The notes under the pieces are model-generated. The model made no database searches and was not told the origin of the DNA. It saw only the letters and a program-made list of their open reading frames with translations. From NCBI GenBank assembly GCA_004213215.1, contig SHAO01000001.1, positions 687 to 64,686 on the forward strand: DNA of 64,000 bases, in the 5' to 3' direction. Within the stretch, counting starts at the first letter, position 1; every line of letters begins with the position of its first letter. This DNA comes from Candidatus Pelagibacterales bacterium (GTDB lineage: Bacteria > Pseudomonadota > Alphaproteobacteria > Pelagibacterales > Pelagibacteraceae). This document shows positions 1 to 13,557 of the stretch, piece after piece. A program made the position numbers and the translations under genes.

Positions 1-330
1 TTTAAAATATATATGGTTATGCTTATGTATTAGGTTTAAATCATAATAAAAACTTGTTTTGAAAATTTTATTATCACTTTCTCTCATAATTAATAGTTTT
101 CCGCTCATTCCGAGATGGACTAAAAGGATTTTTTTTCTAAAATAAAAAATTAAATATTTTGATCTTCGTGATATTTTTAAAAATTTTTCATCAATTAAAC
201 TTTGACGAAATGTAAGTGGTATTTTGTAACGTAAGTTTCTATTATAGATTTTAACATCTATAATTTTTGCCTTATTTATCATTTTAAATAAAGATCTTTT
301 AACAATTTCTACTTCAGGAAGTTCTGGCAT
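1..330 (-). CDS. mutM: Formamidopyrimidine-DNA glycosylase (Fpg/MutM), N-terminal 110 codons; the rest lies outside the window
   Basis: Absent from the ORF track because it runs off the edge. Manual reverse translation from ATG 330-328 gives MPELPEVEIVKRSLFKMINKAKIIDVKIYNRNLRYKIPLTFRQSLIDEKFLKISRRSKYLIFYFRKKILLVHLGMSGKLLIM... This has the PELPEVE N-terminus and HLGMSG motif typical of Fpg. It is divergent from ubiE. Confidence 0.9.
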   Translation of the reverse strand, partial: MPELPEVEIVKRSLFKMINKAKIIDVKIYNRNLRYKIPLTFRQSLIDEKFLKISRRSKYLIFYFRKKILLVHLGMSGKLLIMRESDNKIFKTSFYYDLNLIHKHNHIYFK

Positions 331-382
331 GGTCTAATTATATATATTGTGAAAAAACTTAACATATGATCTATTAATTTAA

Positions 383-1087
383 ATGAAAACTCATCATAAA
401 AATACAGAAAGATTAGTTACTAAAGTTTTTCAAGATGTTTTTGATAAATATGATCTTATGAATGATCTCATGTCTTTTGGTATTCATAGATTTTGGAAAA
501 AAAACTTTATTAATTGGCTAAACCCCCAACAAAATACTACTTTGATCGATATGGCATCTGGAACGGGTGACGTTGCAAAACTATATTTGGATAAAGTTAA
601 CTTTAACGGCCAAGTATATTGTGTTGATGAAAACAAAGAAATGTTGAATTTAAATAGAAAAAAATTAAATGAAAACAAAAATGTCAAATGGCTTTGTGGA
701 AACGCTGAAAAATTACCATTTAAAAATAATTATTTTGATTACTATACAATTAGTTTCGGTATAAGAAATATTAGTAATATAAATAAGGCACTTCAAGAAG
801 CTTATCGTGTTTTAAAACCAGGTGGTAGATTTTTATGTCTAGAATTTTCAAAAGTAGAAAATGAAATTTTAAATAAATTTTATAAAGTTTATTCAAAATC
901 TATACCACAACTTGGAAAGTTTATAATAGGAAAATCTGAACCATATGAATATTTGGTTAATAGTATAGAAAAATTTTATTCTCAAGAAATTTTTTTTCAA
1001 AAAATTAAAGAGCAAAACTTTGTTAATATATCTTATAGAAATTTAAATGGTGGAATTGTAGCAATCCATTCAGCTTGGAAAATTTAA
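383..1087 (+). CDS. ubiE: Ubiquinone/menaquinone C-methyltransferase UbiE
   Basis: YDLMNDLMSFGIHRFWKK signature, SAM motif DMASGTGD, and LKPGGRFLCLEFS. It is followed by ubiB. Confidence 0.9.
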   Translation: MKTHHKNTERLVTKVFQDVFDKYDLMNDLMSFGIHRFWKKNFINWLNPQQNTTLIDMASGTGDVAKLYLDKVNFNGQVYCVDENKEMLNLNRKKLNENKNVKWLCGNAEKLPFKNNYFDYYTISFGIRNISNINKALQEAYRVLKPGGRFLCLEFSKVENEILNKFYKVYSKSIPQLGKFIIGKSEPYEYLVNSIEKFYSQEIFFQKIKEQNFVNISYRNLNGGIVAIHSAWKI

Positions 1088-2656
1088 ATGATTAAAAAAT
1101 TATTTATGTTATTTAAAATCGGAAGAAAACTTTCGACCTCAGGAGCAATTTCATCTGTTTATGAAATTTACAATCCACCCATCGTAATAAAAATATTATT
1201 TTCAATAATTGGTTTTAGTTTTAAGGATAATAAAAATTATAACAATGCATCTGCTGGAGCTAATTTATGTAAAGCACTTCAAGAGATGGGAACTACCTTT
1301 ATAAAATTAGGGCAATTTTTAGCAACTCGACCTGACATAATTGGGGAGAATATCTCTAAAGAATTAGTAAAGTTGCAAGATAAACTACCTCCTTTCGATT
1401 TATTTTTGGCAAAAAGCATACTTAAAGATGAGCTTGGTAAAGAAAATTTTGAGCAAATTACAAATATTTCAGAACCAGTTGCTGCAGCTTCTGTAGCGCA
1501 AGTTCATTTTGCTAACATAAATGTTTCAGGTCATAAAAAAGATATAGCGATTAAAATTTTAAGACCAGATGTAGAAAAAATTTTTAATGAAGAATTAGAT
1601 GCTTTAATGTTTTTAGCTTACGTTGTTGAAAGCTTAGTTAAAAAAACAAAGAGATTAAAATTGGTTGAAATAGTTCAGCTATTGAGAGAAATTACAAATG
1701 TTGAAATGGATTTTAGATTTGAAGCTGCGGCGGCAAATGAACTTTATGAAAATACTAAAAATGATTTAGGTTTTAATGTACCAAAAATTTATTGGAACCA
1801 AACTAGTAAAAAAATTCTTTGTTTAGATAGAATAGATGGAATTTCAATAAGAGAAGTTGAGGCCTTAAAATTACAAAATATTGACACAAAAAAATTAGCA
1901 AAAAATATCATACAGCATTTTCTAAGACATGCAGTTAGAGATGGTTTTTTTCATGCTGATATGCATCAAGGCAATTTATTTGTGACTAAGGATGGCATCA
2001 TTGTGCCTGTTGATTTTGGAATAATGGGTAGGTTGGATAAAAAAAATAGAAAATATCTTGCACAAATACTTTATGGCTTTATTAAAAGAGATTATCAAAA
2101 AGTAGCGGAAGTTCATTTTACTGCGGGCCTGGTTTCAGGTGAATTTTCAAAGGAAGATTTTGCACAATCATTACGCTCAATCGGTGAACCAATCTTTGGC
2201 CAAGCTGTTAAAAATATATCAGGAGGAAAATTACTAAGTCAACTTTTTGCAAATACAGAAAAATTTAACATGCAGACACAAATTCAATTATTACTTTTAC
2301 AAAAAACTATGGTGGTTGTTGAAGGTGTTGCTAGAGAGCTCGACCCTGAAGCTAATATATGGGATATATCAAGACCAATATTAGAAAATTGGCTTAAAGA
2401 AGTTAAAGATCCTCTGAATATAGCAGGTGACGTTGTAAACGAAGCCTCAGAAGTAATTAAAAGATTGCCAGATCTTCCTAATATTATGGATAAGGCAAAT
2501 GATGTTATGACTTTAATAGCAGAAGGTAAATTTAATCCAAATACCTTAGCTTATCGTAGTTTAAGAGAAGAGGAATTAAAACTAGAAATAATGCGTAATA
2601 AGATACTGGGAGGAATTTTAGTTCTTGTAATTATTATTCTCTTAGTATTCAAATAA
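1088..2656 (+). CDS. ubiB: Ubiquinone biosynthesis ABC1/UbiB-family kinase-like protein
   Basis: LGQFLATRPDIIG, AAASVAQVH and HADMHQGNL motifs, a C-terminal TM segment, and a start that abuts the ubiE stop. Confidence 0.88.
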   Translation: MIKKLFMLFKIGRKLSTSGAISSVYEIYNPPIVIKILFSIIGFSFKDNKNYNNASAGANLCKALQEMGTTFIKLGQFLATRPDIIGENISKELVKLQDKLPPFDLFLAKSILKDELGKENFEQITNISEPVAAASVAQVHFANINVSGHKKDIAIKILRPDVEKIFNEELDALMFLAYVVESLVKKTKRLKLVEIVQLLREITNVEMDFRFEAAAANELYENTKNDLGFNVPKIYWNQTSKKILCLDRIDGISIREVEALKLQNIDTKKLAKNIIQHFLRHAVRDGFFHADMHQGNLFVTKDGIIVPVDFGIMGRLDKKNRKYLAQILYGFIKRDYQKVAEVHFTAGLVSGEFSKEDFAQSLRSIGEPIFGQAVKNISGGKLLSQLFANTEKFNMQTQIQLLLLQKTMVVVEGVARELDPEANIWDISRPILENWLKEVKDPLNIAGDVVNEASEVIKRLPDLPNIMDKANDVMTLIAEGKFNPNTLAYRSLREEELKLEIMRNKILGGILVLVIIILLVFK

Positions 2657-2663
2657 GGTCTAT

Positions 2664-3869
2664 ATGGATAAATTGCTGAAAAATAAAAAAATTATCTTAA
2701 TAATTGGTGGTGGAATCTCCGCATACAAATCTCTTGATTTGATTCGATTATTAATAAAGCAAGAATGTCAAATAAAAGTAGTATTAACAGAATCAGGTAA
2801 AAAATTTGTTACTCCTTTGTCTATTGCTTCATTATCAAAAAATAAAGTTTATCAAAATATCTTCGACGATGAGAAAGAGGGCGAGATGGATCATATTTCA
2901 TTATCTAGATGGTGTGATATAATTTTGTACGCTCCAATCACCGCAAACTCCATAGCTAAACTAGCTTACGGACGCGGTGATGACTTGGCTTCTACACTTA
3001 TATTAGCTTCCAACAAACAAATAATATTAGTCCCAGCGATGAATGTTAGAATGTGGCTTCACAAATCTACTCAAAATAATTTTCAAAAATTGATGGATTA
3101 TGGTTATTTATCGATAGGACCATCTATAGGTGATATGGCGTGCGGAGAGTATGGCGAAGGCAAAATGTCAGCACCAAATGAAATATTTGAGTTTATAGAA
3201 AACTATTTTTCTGAAAGAAATATTGTAAAAAATAAAAAATTAAAAGCACTTGTTACTGCGGGGCCTACAAAGGAATATATCGACCCTGTAAGATTTATTT
3301 CAAATAATTCAAGTGGTAAACAGGGCTATGAAATAGCAAAATCATTAGCAAAATACGGTGTTGAAACTACATTAATATCAGGACCATCTATTCTAAATAA
3401 ACCAGAAAACGTAAATATTATCAAAGTTGAAACAGCCGATGAAATGTTCAGAGAAACAAAAAAAGCTCTACCTGTAGATATAGCGGTATGTACTGCTGCA
3501 GTATCTGATTTTAAACCTGAAAAATATGAAAATAATAAAATAAAAAAAAATATACTAAATTTAAACCTAGTAAGAAATATTGATATATTAGAATTTTTAT
3601 CAAAAAATAATTTGCAAAGACCTAAGCTTGTAGTTGGTTTTGCAGCTGAAACAAAAAATATTTTAAAATTTGCTAGAGAAAAAAGAAATAAAAAATATTG
3701 TGATTGGATTGTTGCCAATGATGTTTCTAGTCATGGAATCGGATTTAATTCTGAGTATAATGCTGTTTCAATAATTGCTGGTAATAAAATTGAAAAAATA
3801 GGAAAAAATCTTAAATCTTATATAGCAAAAAAAATAGCAAAAAAAATAGTTAATAATTTTATCCAATAA
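2664..3869 (+). CDS. coaBC: Bifunctional phosphopantothenoylcysteine decarboxylase/synthetase CoaBC (Dfp)
   Basis: N-terminal flavoprotein motif GGISAYK and C-terminal TAGPTKEYIDPVRFISNNSSGKQGY. Confidence 0.9.
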   Translation: MDKLLKNKKIILIIGGGISAYKSLDLIRLLIKQECQIKVVLTESGKKFVTPLSIASLSKNKVYQNIFDDEKEGEMDHISLSRWCDIILYAPITANSIAKLAYGRGDDLASTLILASNKQIILVPAMNVRMWLHKSTQNNFQKLMDYGYLSIGPSIGDMACGEYGEGKMSAPNEIFEFIENYFSERNIVKNKKLKALVTAGPTKEYIDPVRFISNNSSGKQGYEIAKSLAKYGVETTLISGPSILNKPENVNIIKVETADEMFRETKKALPVDIAVCTAAVSDFKPEKYENNKIKKNILNLNLVRNIDILEFLSKNNLQRPKLVVGFAAETKNILKFAREKRNKKYCDWIVANDVSSHGIGFNSEYNAVSIIAGNKIEKIGKNLKSYIAKKIAKKIVNNFIQ

Positions 3870-3874
3870 TACAA

Positions 3875-4312
3875 ATGGTAAAAATATTAGTTAAAAGGCT
3901 TAACAAAAATATAAAGCTTCCTGTATATAAAACTTCAGGATCTTCTGGTATGGATATAGCTGCTAACCTAAAAAAAAGAATATCAATTAAACCGGGAAAG
4001 AGCGCTTTAATACCAACGGGTATAATGTTGGCAATTCCAAAAAATTATGAAATACAAATTAGACCTAGATCTGGTTTAGCTGTAAAAAATAGTATTTCTG
4101 TATTAAACACCCCAGGTACAATTGACTCAGATTACAGAGGTGAACTAAAAGTTATTTTGATAAATTTAAGTAAAAAAGTTTTTTTTGTAAAATCGGGTGA
4201 TAGAATTGCTCAAATTATTTTATGCCCAGTTGTAAAAGGTAAGTTAAAAGAAGTTAATTACTTACCTAAAACAGTAAGAGATATGGGTGGTTTTGGATCA
4301 ACAGGTAAGTGA
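3875..4312 (+). CDS. dut: dUTP diphosphatase
   Basis: Motifs SSGMDI, RPRSGL, GTIDSDYRGE, RIAQ and GGFGSTG. Confidence 0.92.
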   Translation: MVKILVKRLNKNIKLPVYKTSGSSGMDIAANLKKRISIKPGKSALIPTGIMLAIPKNYEIQIRPRSGLAVKNSISVLNTPGTIDSDYRGELKVILINLSKKVFFVKSGDRIAQIILCPVVKGKLKEVNYLPKTVRDMGGFGSTGK

Positions 4313-5085
4313 TAAAAAAATTAATGAATTTTACAAAAAAGCAAATAGAGAGATATTCAAGACAAATAATTTTAAAAAAGATTGGAGTTGCGGGTCAAAA
4401 AAAACTTTTAAAATCTAGTGTTTTAATAGTTGGGGCTGGAGGTTTGGGTTCGCCAATTGCAATTTATTTAGCAGCGCTTGGTATAGGCAAGATCGGGATT
4501 GTAGATAAAGATAATGTTGAAATTTCTAACCTTAGTAGACAAATAATATTTAATACTAGCGATATTGCCAAAAATAAATCATCTACAGCAATTAATAAAC
4601 TTAAAAAAATTAATCCAGACTTGCAGTTATATTCTTTTAATAAAAATTTATCTAAAAAAAATATAAACCAAATAGCGAAAAATTTTGAGTTAATAATAGA
4701 TGGAAGTGATAATTTTCGTACACGTTTTTTAATTAATGATTATTGTTTAGAAAGAAAAAAAATTTTAATTTCTGGCGCTATAAGTAAATTTGAAGGACAG
4801 ATATATACTTTTAATTTTTCTAAAAAAAAATCTCCTTGTTTGAGATGTTTTATTCCTCAAATGCCAAATAACCCAGATATTGATAATTGTGAATATGAGG
4901 GCGTCTTAGGCACTGTAGGAGGCATAATTGGTAGTATTCAAGCAAATGAGGTCGTAAAAGAGATACTTAAAATAGGGAACACACTTTGTGGTCAAATATT
5001 GATAGTGGATACGCTAAAACTAACATTTAGAAAAGTTAAACTTAATAAACGCTCTGACTGTTTTTGTAATGAAAAAAATAGATAG
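4309..5085 (+). CDS. ThiF/MoeB/HesA-family adenylyltransferase
   Basis: RYSRQI, the nucleotide loop GAGGLGSP, and Cys pairs CLRC and CFC. The start overlaps the dut stop (ATGA-type). The sequence alone does not show whether it serves ThiS or MoaD. Confidence 0.75.
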   Translation: MIKKLMNFTKKQIERYSRQIILKKIGVAGQKKLLKSSVLIVGAGGLGSPIAIYLAALGIGKIGIVDKDNVEISNLSRQIIFNTSDIAKNKSSTAINKLKKINPDLQLYSFNKNLSKKNINQIAKNFELIIDGSDNFRTRFLINDYCLERKKILISGAISKFEGQIYTFNFSKKKSPCLRCFIPQMPNNPDIDNCEYEGVLGTVGGIIGSIQANEVVKEILKIGNTLCGQILIVDTLKLTFRKVKLNKRSDCFCNEKNR

Positions 5086-5542
5086 AAATTATTATATCTT
5101 TATTTTTTCAGTACTTGTATTTTCAAGTTTTCCAACAAAAATTTATACAAATGAAAATATAAATTTTTTAACACTAAAAAATAGTGAAGTTAATTTACGA
5201 CAGGGACCATCTTTTGAATACCCTATCAAATTGATTTATAAAAAAAAATATTTACCTGTAATAATATTAGATAAATCTGAAGCTTGGAGAAAAATTAGTG
5301 ACTTTGAAAAAAATTCTGGATGGATTCATATTTCGCAATTATCAAAAATAAAATCTGCAATAAACATTAAAAAACATTCTATCATCTATAAAAAACCAAC
5401 TATTTTTTCAAAACCAATAGCAAAACTGGAGATTGGTAGATTAATGCTTGTAAAAAAATGCAAAGATGAATGGTGTAAAATAAAAACTGGCAGTTTTAAT
5501 GGTTGGATAAATAAAAGTTATTTGTGGGGGAAAATTAAATAA
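5069..5542 (+). CDS. Secreted SH3b-like (DUF1058-type) protein
   Basis: N-terminal signal-like hydrophobic segment. Two SH3b-like stretches (LRQGPSFEYPI...GWIHISQL and ...WCKIKTGSFNGWINKSYLWG). Confidence 0.5.
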   Translation: MKKIDRNYYIFIFSVLVFSSFPTKIYTNENINFLTLKNSEVNLRQGPSFEYPIKLIYKKKYLPVIILDKSEAWRKISDFEKNSGWIHISQLSKIKSAINIKKHSIIYKKPTIFSKPIAKLEIGRLMLVKKCKDEWCKIKTGSFNGWINKSYLWGKIK

Positions 5543-5553
5543 ATTTTTAAACT

Positions 5554-7783
<2,230 letters not shown>

Positions 7784-7787
7784 CATA

Positions 7788-7804
7788 TTTAGAATCGTTC
7801 TAAT
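7788..7804. promoter_or_regulatory. Irr box / iron control element (ICE): TTTAGAA-TCG-TTCTAAT
   Basis: Matches 13 of 14 specified positions of the alphaproteobacterial Irr-box palindrome TTTAGAA-N3-TTCTAAA. It lies 42-58 nt upstream of the katG ATG, 4 nt upstream of the candidate -35, and 13 nt past the irr stop. An extra half-site TTCTAAA is at 7767-7773. Confidence 0.65.
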
Positions 7805-7816
7805 TTATTTTTTATA

Positions 7817-8233
7817 TTAATTGGTTTTTTCAATTTTAACTAGAACCTCTATAGATTTAATTTTTTTTCCATTTGGTATTTTAGGTAAATAATTTAATGA
7901 AATATTTTTATCATCTATATCAATTAGCTGCGACATACCTTCATCATAAAAGTGATGGTGTTTTTTTGTATTAGTATCAAAAAAGGTTTTATTTCCCTTT
8001 AAGGATATTTCTTTTAAATAACCCTTTTTTTTTAAAACATGTATCGTGTTATATAAAGTAGCTAAAGAGATTTTTTTTTTATTATTTTTTTCTATAATCT
8101 TTTTTAATTTTTCTATTGTAAAATGAAATGTATTTTTTCTATCAAACAGAATCCTACATATATCTAGTCTTTGCTTTGTTGGCCTTAAACCGAAAGTTCT
8201 AAGTCTCTCTTTGTGAAATTCTAGTTGTTTCAT
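7817..8233 (-). CDS. irr: Fur-family iron response regulator Irr
   Basis: GLRPTKQRLDI..., ISLATLYNTIHVL, TFFDTNTKKHHHFYDE (the HHH heme-associated motif of Irr) and LIDIDD. No CxxC zinc motifs. Divergent from fabA-fabB-fabI, as irr is in many Alphaproteobacteria. Confidence 0.8.
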   Translation of the reverse strand: MKQLEFHKERLRTFGLRPTKQRLDICRILFDRKNTFHFTIEKLKKIIEKNNKKKISLATLYNTIHVLKKKGYLKEISLKGNKTFFDTNTKKHHHFYDEGMSQLIDIDDKNISLNYLPKIPNGKKIKSIEVLVKIEKTN

Positions 8234-8338
8234 CTTCTTAAAAAATAGTGCTTTTAAAGCTTTTTTAATTTATAATTATTTTAACTAAATAACTAAATAT
8301 ATGTAATAACAAAAGTGAATCAAGTATTACTTTAATCT

Positions 8339-8842
8339 ATGAGAAACAAAAACAGCTTTAATTATAAAGAGTTAATTGATTGTGCTGAGGGTAGGTTGTT
8401 CGGAGAAGGCAACGCAAAATTACCATCTCCTCCTATGTTGATGTTTCATAGGATTACAAATATCCAAGAAAATACCGGAAAATTTAAAAAAGGTTTAATA
8501 GAAGCAGAGTTTGATATAGAAAAAAAAATGTGGTTTTTTGAATGCCACTTTAAAGAAGATCCTGTGATGCCAGGTTGTCTTGGGTTAGACGCAATGTGGC
8601 AATTAGTGGGCTTTTTTTTGGGATGGAAAGGTGAGCCCGGAAAAGGAAGAGCGTTAGGAGTAAATTCAGTTAAATTTACAGGCGAAGTTCTTACAACTGC
8701 CAAAATTGCAAGATATGAAGTTAATATGAAAAGAATTTTAAAAAAAGAAGGAGCCGTTGTAGGATTAGCAGATGGAACATTATATTCTGATGATAAAGCA
8801 ATATATCAAGCAGAAAATTTAAAAGTAGGATTATTTAAATGA
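8339..8842 (+). CDS. fabA: 3-hydroxydecanoyl-ACP dehydratase/isomerase
   Basis: [31 protein letters not shown] active-site region. Confidence 0.92.
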   Translation: MRNKNSFNYKELIDCAEGRLFGEGNAKLPSPPMLMFHRITNIQENTGKFKKGLIEAEFDIEKKMWFFECHFKEDPVMPGCLGLDAMWQLVGFFLGWKGEPGKGRALGVNSVKFTGEVLTTAKIARYEVNMKRILKKEGAVVGLADGTLYSDDKAIYQAENLKVGLFK

Positions 8843-10062
8843 CGAGAAGAGTTGTAATTACAGGAATTGGAATTGTATCGTGTATTGGAAATAACCAAAA
8901 AGAAGTATTGGATTCATTGTTGAATACAAAATCAGGTATTGTTTTTTCAGAAGATCACAAAAAATATAATTTTAGAAGCCAAGTAGTAGGAAGTATAAAG
9001 AATTTAAATTTATCTGATCATATCGACAGAAAAAAAATGAGATTTATGGGAGACGGTTCTGCTTATAATTATATTTCAATGGCAGAAGCAATAAAAGATT
9101 CTGGATTAGAAGAAAAAAGTATAAGTAATGAAATGACTGGAATTATTATGGGTTCTGGTGGACCTTCAATAAAAAATGTTGTTTTGGCTGTAGATGCAAC
9201 TAGAGAATCGGGTCCTAAAAAAATGGGACCTTGTATTGTTCCAAGAACAATGTCGAGCACAAATTCTGCAACTCTTGCAGTACCTTTTAAAATTAAAGGT
9301 ATTAATTATTCAATAAGCTCCGCTTGTGCAACGAGCGCTCACTGCATAGGAAACGGAATGGAACTAATTCAATATGGAAAGCAAGATATAATTTTTGCTG
9401 GTGGTGGTGAAGAATTAAATTGGGGAATGTCTGGAATGTTTGATGCTATGACTGCTTTGTCCTCAAAATACAATGATACGCCTGAGAAAGCATCAAGACC
9501 CTACGACAAAGACAGGGATGGGTTTATAATTGCTGGCGGAGCTGGAGTTTTAGTTCTTGAAGAATATGAACATGCAAAAGCGCGTGGAGCTAAAATTTAT
9601 GCAGAATTAACAGGATATGGCGCAACCTCAGATGGATATGATATGGTTGCCCCGTCAGGAGAAGGTGCAGCAAGATGTATGAATATGGCTTTAAAGACAG
9701 CTATAAATAAAAGAGTTGATTATATTAATAGTCATGGAACTTCTACACCAGTCGGTGATGTGAAAGAGCTTGAAGCAATACAAAGCGTGTTTAAAGATAA
9801 TATTCCTAAAATAAGTTCAACAAAATCCTTAACTGGACATTCATTAGGAGCTACATCAGTTCAAGAAGCTATTTACTGCTTATTAATGATGAAAAATAAG
9901 TTTATATCTGCTTCAGCTCATATTGAAAATATGGATGATAAAGCAAAAAATTTTCCAATTGTTACAAAAGTAGAAAAAGAAAAAGAACTTAATAGTATTA
10001 TGTCAAACAGCTTTGGTTTTGGTGGGACTAACGCAACATTACTATTTGAAAAAATAAATTAA
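8839..10062 (+). CDS. fabB: 3-oxoacyl-ACP synthase I
   Basis: Motifs [24 protein letters not shown] and [11 protein letters not shown]. Its start overlaps the fabA stop. Confidence 0.88.
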   Translation: MTRRVVITGIGIVSCIGNNQKEVLDSLLNTKSGIVFSEDHKKYNFRSQVVGSIKNLNLSDHIDRKKMRFMGDGSAYNYISMAEAIKDSGLEEKSISNEMTGIIMGSGGPSIKNVVLAVDATRESGPKKMGPCIVPRTMSSTNSATLAVPFKIKGINYSISSACATSAHCIGNGMELIQYGKQDIIFAGGGEELNWGMSGMFDAMTALSSKYNDTPEKASRPYDKDRDGFIIAGGAGVLVLEEYEHAKARGAKIYAELTGYGATSDGYDMVAPSGEGAARCMNMALKTAINKRVDYINSHGTSTPVGDVKELEAIQSVFKDNIPKISSTKSLTGHSLGATSVQEAIYCLLMMKNKFISASAHIENMDDKAKNFPIVTKVEKEKELNSIMSNSFGFGGTNATLLFEKIN

Positions 10063-10066
10063 AAAT

Positions 10067-10852
10067 ATGTCTTTATTAAAGGGTAAAAAAGGTTTGATTA
10101 TGGGGGTAGCTAATGACAGATCTATTGCTTGGGGAATTTCTAAAAAATTGGCTGAACATGGTGCAGAGTTAGCATTTACTTATTTAGGCGAAGCTTTAAA
10201 AAAAAGAGTTATACCATTAGCAAAGTCTTTAAATTCTGACTTTACTCTTAGTTGTAATGTAGAAAACAAAGAAGAGGTTTTTAAGCTCTTTGAAGATATT
10301 AAAGAAAAGTGGGGTAAGATAGATTTCGTTGTACATGCAATAGCATATTCGGACAAATCAGAACTTTCTGGTGAATATTTAAATACCACGCGAGAAAATT
10401 TCTTAAAAAGTATGCTCATATCATGTTTTTCTTTTACGGAAATTGCAAAAGAGGCTTCAAAAATAATGAATAATGGTGGAAGCCTGTTAACTTTAACTTA
10501 TGAGTCTAAAAAAGTTATTCCAAATTATAATATCATGGGTGTTTGTAAATCCGCACTAGAAACAAGTGTTAAATATCTAGCTAGAGATTTAGGTGAAAAA
10601 AATATTAGAGTAAATGCAATAAGCGCAGGTCCAATTAAAACTCTTGCAGCTTCAGCGATTGGTGATGCCAAATTTTTATATAAATGGAATGAAGATCATT
10701 CTTTATTAAAAAGAAATGTAGATATAAATGATGTCGGTGGTTCTGCTTTATATTTGATAAGCGATCTAGCTGCTGCAGTTACTGGTGAAATTCATTATGT
10801 GGATGCCGGATACAATAAAGTTGGAATGCCTAATCCAAAAAATATTACTTAG
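10067..10852 (+). CDS. fabI: Enoyl-ACP reductase (NADH) FabI
   Basis: GVANDRSIAWGI, an SDR-like fold with the Y..MGVCK catalytic pair, and a position downstream of fabAB. Confidence 0.9.
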   Translation: MSLLKGKKGLIMGVANDRSIAWGISKKLAEHGAELAFTYLGEALKKRVIPLAKSLNSDFTLSCNVENKEEVFKLFEDIKEKWGKIDFVVHAIAYSDKSELSGEYLNTTRENFLKSMLISCFSFTEIAKEASKIMNNGGSLLTLTYESKKVIPNYNIMGVCKSALETSVKYLARDLGEKNIRVNAISAGPIKTLAASAIGDAKFLYKWNEDHSLLKRNVDINDVGGSALYLISDLAAAVTGEIHYVDAGYNKVGMPNPKNIT

Positions 10853-10855
10853 TAA

Positions 10856-12925
10856 TTAACTAGCCTCTTTAATAGAAAGTTTTACTTTACCTCTATCAAA
10901 GCCTATTACTTTAACAGAAACTTCATCTCCCTCTTTTACTATATCACCAACTTTTTCAACTCTTTTTGCTGCTAGTTGAGAGATATGAACTAACCCATCT
11001 TGTTTTCCTAAAAAATTAACAAAAGCACCAAATTCCATTATTTTAACTACTTTACCTTTATAGATTTTTCCCATTTCAGGTTTTGCTATTATGTTTTTTA
11101 CCATTTCCATGGCTTTGTTTCGTGATTCCTCATCTGGAGCAGCAATAGTTACTTCACCTGTATCTTTTACATCTACTTTTGCTCCCGACAATTCAACAAT
11201 TTCTCTTATTGTAGCTCCACCTTTTCCTATAACGGCAGCAATATCCTTTTTATCAACCATTACTGTTTCAATTTTTGGAGTATGTTTAGATACTTCTTTT
11301 CTAGATGTTTTTAATGCTTTATTCATTTCTTGCAATATATGTGCTCTACCATCTTTTGCTTGATTAAGTGCTTGTTCCATAATTTCAAAAGTTATTCCAG
11401 TAATCTTAATATCCATTTGCAGCGAAGTAATTCCATCTTTCGTTCCAGCAACTTTAAAATCCATATCTCCTAAATGATCCTCATCTCCTAAAATATCTGA
11501 TAAAACTGAAAATTCATCTTTTTCCTTTATTAAACCCATAGCAATTCCAGCAACTGGTTCATTGATCGGAACTGCTGCATCCATGAGTGCTAGAGATGCT
11601 CCGCACACTGTAGCCATAGATGATGATCCATTTGATTCCGTAATTTCTGAAACTACTCTTATAGTATAAGGGAATTTATCTTTCTCAGGTAATGATGAAT
11701 TTAAAGCTCTCCAAGCTAATTTTCCATGTCCCACTTCTCTTCTTCCTGTTCCTATTCTGCCTGTTTCTCCAACAGAGAATGGTGGAAAATTATAATGTAA
11801 CATAAATCTAACTCTTTTTTGACCTTCTAAACTTTCGATTCTTTGTTCATCATCGGACATTCCTAAAGTTGTAGTGACCAAAGCTTGTGTTTCACCTCTA
11901 GTAAATAAAGCGGAACCATGTGTTCTTGGAAGAACTCCAACCTCACACTTTATAGTTCTAACATCAGATAAACCTCTTCCATCAATTCTTTTTTTAGTTT
12001 TAAGAATTCTTCCTCTAACAATATCTTTTTCTAAATGTTTGAGTTGTAACATAACTTCTAAATCTGAATAAGTTTCATCACCTTCAAAAAGAGATTTGCA
12101 TTTCTCTGTTGCTATAGCAATCATTTCAGATCTTTTCTTCTTATCTTTTTCAGAAAATGCTTTTTCTAGATCTTTTGTTAATTCTTTAGAAATTTTAGAT
12201 TTTAAATCAGTATAATCTTTTTCTTCCACTACCCATGCTTCTTTTCCACATTTTTTAGCAAGAGATTCTATAGCTTTAATAACTGGAAGAAATTTTTCAT
12301 GACCAAATTTAACTGCATCCAACATTTGCTTTTCAGTTAGACCAGAAGTTTCTGACTCTACCATTAAAACAGCATCTTTTGTGCCGGCAACTACTAAATC
12401 TAATTTAGATTCTTTTAATTGTTCTTTTGAAGGGTTTAGAACATATTGATCGTTTATATATCCTACTCTAGAAGCCGCTATTGGTCCTTGAAAGGGCATA
12501 CCTGAAATTGCTAATGCTGCTGAGGACGCTATAATAGAAAGTATATCTGCTTCATTTTCATTATCATAAGAAAGAACAGTTGGTAAAATTTGTACTTCAT
12601 TTCTAAAACTTTCTGGAAATAAAGGTCTAATAGGTCTATCAATTAATCTTGAAATTAATGTTTCTGCTTCTGTTGGTCTAGCTTCTCTCTTAAAATATCC
12701 TCCAGGGATTTTTCCTGCAGCATAATATTTTTCTTGGTAGTTGACTTGCAAAGGAAAATAATCTGTATCCGGATTAACTTTTTTTGCCCCGACCACAGTT
12801 GAGATAACAACAGTTTCTCCTAAAGTAGCGATTATTGCACCATCAGCTTGACGGGCTATTTTTCCAGTCTCAAGGGTTAATTTTTTACCACCCAGATCAA
12901 TTTCTTCTTTATTTACTTTGAACAT
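10856..12925 (-). CDS. pnp: Polyribonucleotide nucleotidyltransferase (PNPase)
   Basis: Two RNase PH domains, a KH domain and a C-terminal S1 domain, in classic rpsO-pnp order. Confidence 0.95.
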   Translation of the reverse strand: MFKVNKEEIDLGGKKLTLETGKIARQADGAIIATLGETVVISTVVGAKKVNPDTDYFPLQVNYQEKYYAAGKIPGGYFKREARPTEAETLISRLIDRPIRPLFPESFRNEVQILPTVLSYDNENEADILSIIASSAALAISGMPFQGPIAASRVGYINDQYVLNPSKEQLKESKLDLVVAGTKDAVLMVESETSGLTEKQMLDAVKFGHEKFLPVIKAIESLAKKCGKEAWVVEEKDYTDLKSKISKELTKDLEKAFSEKDKKKRSEMIAIATEKCKSLFEGDETYSDLEVMLQLKHLEKDIVRGRILKTKKRIDGRGLSDVRTIKCEVGVLPRTHGSALFTRGETQALVTTTLGMSDDEQRIESLEGQKRVRFMLHYNFPPFSVGETGRIGTGRREVGHGKLAWRALNSSLPEKDKFPYTIRVVSEITESNGSSSMATVCGASLALMDAAVPINEPVAGIAMGLIKEKDEFSVLSDILGDEDHLGDMDFKVAGTKDGITSLQMDIKITGITFEIMEQALNQAKDGRAHILQEMNKALKTSRKEVSKHTPKIETVMVDKKDIAAVIGKGGATIREIVELSGAKVDVKDTGEVTIAAPDEESRNKAMEMVKNIIAKPEMGKIYKGKVVKIMEFGAFVNFLGKQDGLVHISQLAAKRVEKVGDIVKEGDEVSVKVIGFDRGKVKLSIKEAS

Positions 12926-13186
12926 CTATTTTCTTAATTTTAGTTTTGTTAATACTTGTTTATATAACTCAGAATTATTTTTTTTAAGGTATTCTAATAA
13001 GCGCTTTCTTTGATTAACCGCTTTTAATAATCCTCGAGTTGAATGTTTATCATTTTTATTTTTTTTAAAATGATTAGTTAAATTATTTATTTTTTCACTT
13101 AATAAACCAACCTGAACCGCAGATGAACCAACATCTTTTGGATTAATTTTTAACGAATCAATTATTTCTTTCATTTTATTTTCCAT
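12926..13186 (-). CDS. rpsO: 30S ribosomal protein S15
   Basis: HSTRGLLKAVNQRKRLLEYL motif. The true start may be one of the internal Met codons (M5). Confidence 0.92.
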   Translation of the reverse strand: MENKMKEIIDSLKINPKDVGSSAVQVGLLSEKINNLTNHFKKNKNDKHSTRGLLKAVNQRKRLLEYLKKNNSELYKQVLTKLKLRK

Positions 13187-13188
13187 AT

Positions 13189-13557
13189 TTATTTATTTTT
13201 CTGTATTAGTTTTTCAATTTTTTCAGCATAATCAAATGATTTATCTCCAATAAAGGAAACTTTTGGCAAAAATTTCATATCAATTTTTTTTGACAAAGCT
13301 TTTCTAATAAGATGAGAAAATTGAGTTAGTATACTAACTGTATTATCTGTATCTTTTCCACCAAGTGGTATCACATATGCTCTTGCATTTTTTAAATCTG
13401 GACTCATCCTTACTTCTGTTACAGTAATATTTTTTGTTACTAAAGTCGGCACTTTTGCTTCATCTCTTAAAAAAATTTGTCCTAAAGACTGTTTTATTAA
13501 TTCTCCAACTCTTAATTGTCTTTGGGAAAAAGGAGCCTTATCATTTTGCCGTATCAT
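13189..13557 (-). CDS. rbfA: Ribosome-binding factor A
   Basis: RVGELIKQSLGQIF N-terminal motif, the expected size, and a position after infB. Confidence 0.88.
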   Translation of the reverse strand: MIRQNDKAPFSQRQLRVGELIKQSLGQIFLRDEAKVPTLVTKNITVTEVRMSPDLKNARAYVIPLGGKDTDNTVSILTQFSHLIRKALSKKIDMKFLPKVSFIGDKSFDYAEKIEKLIQKNK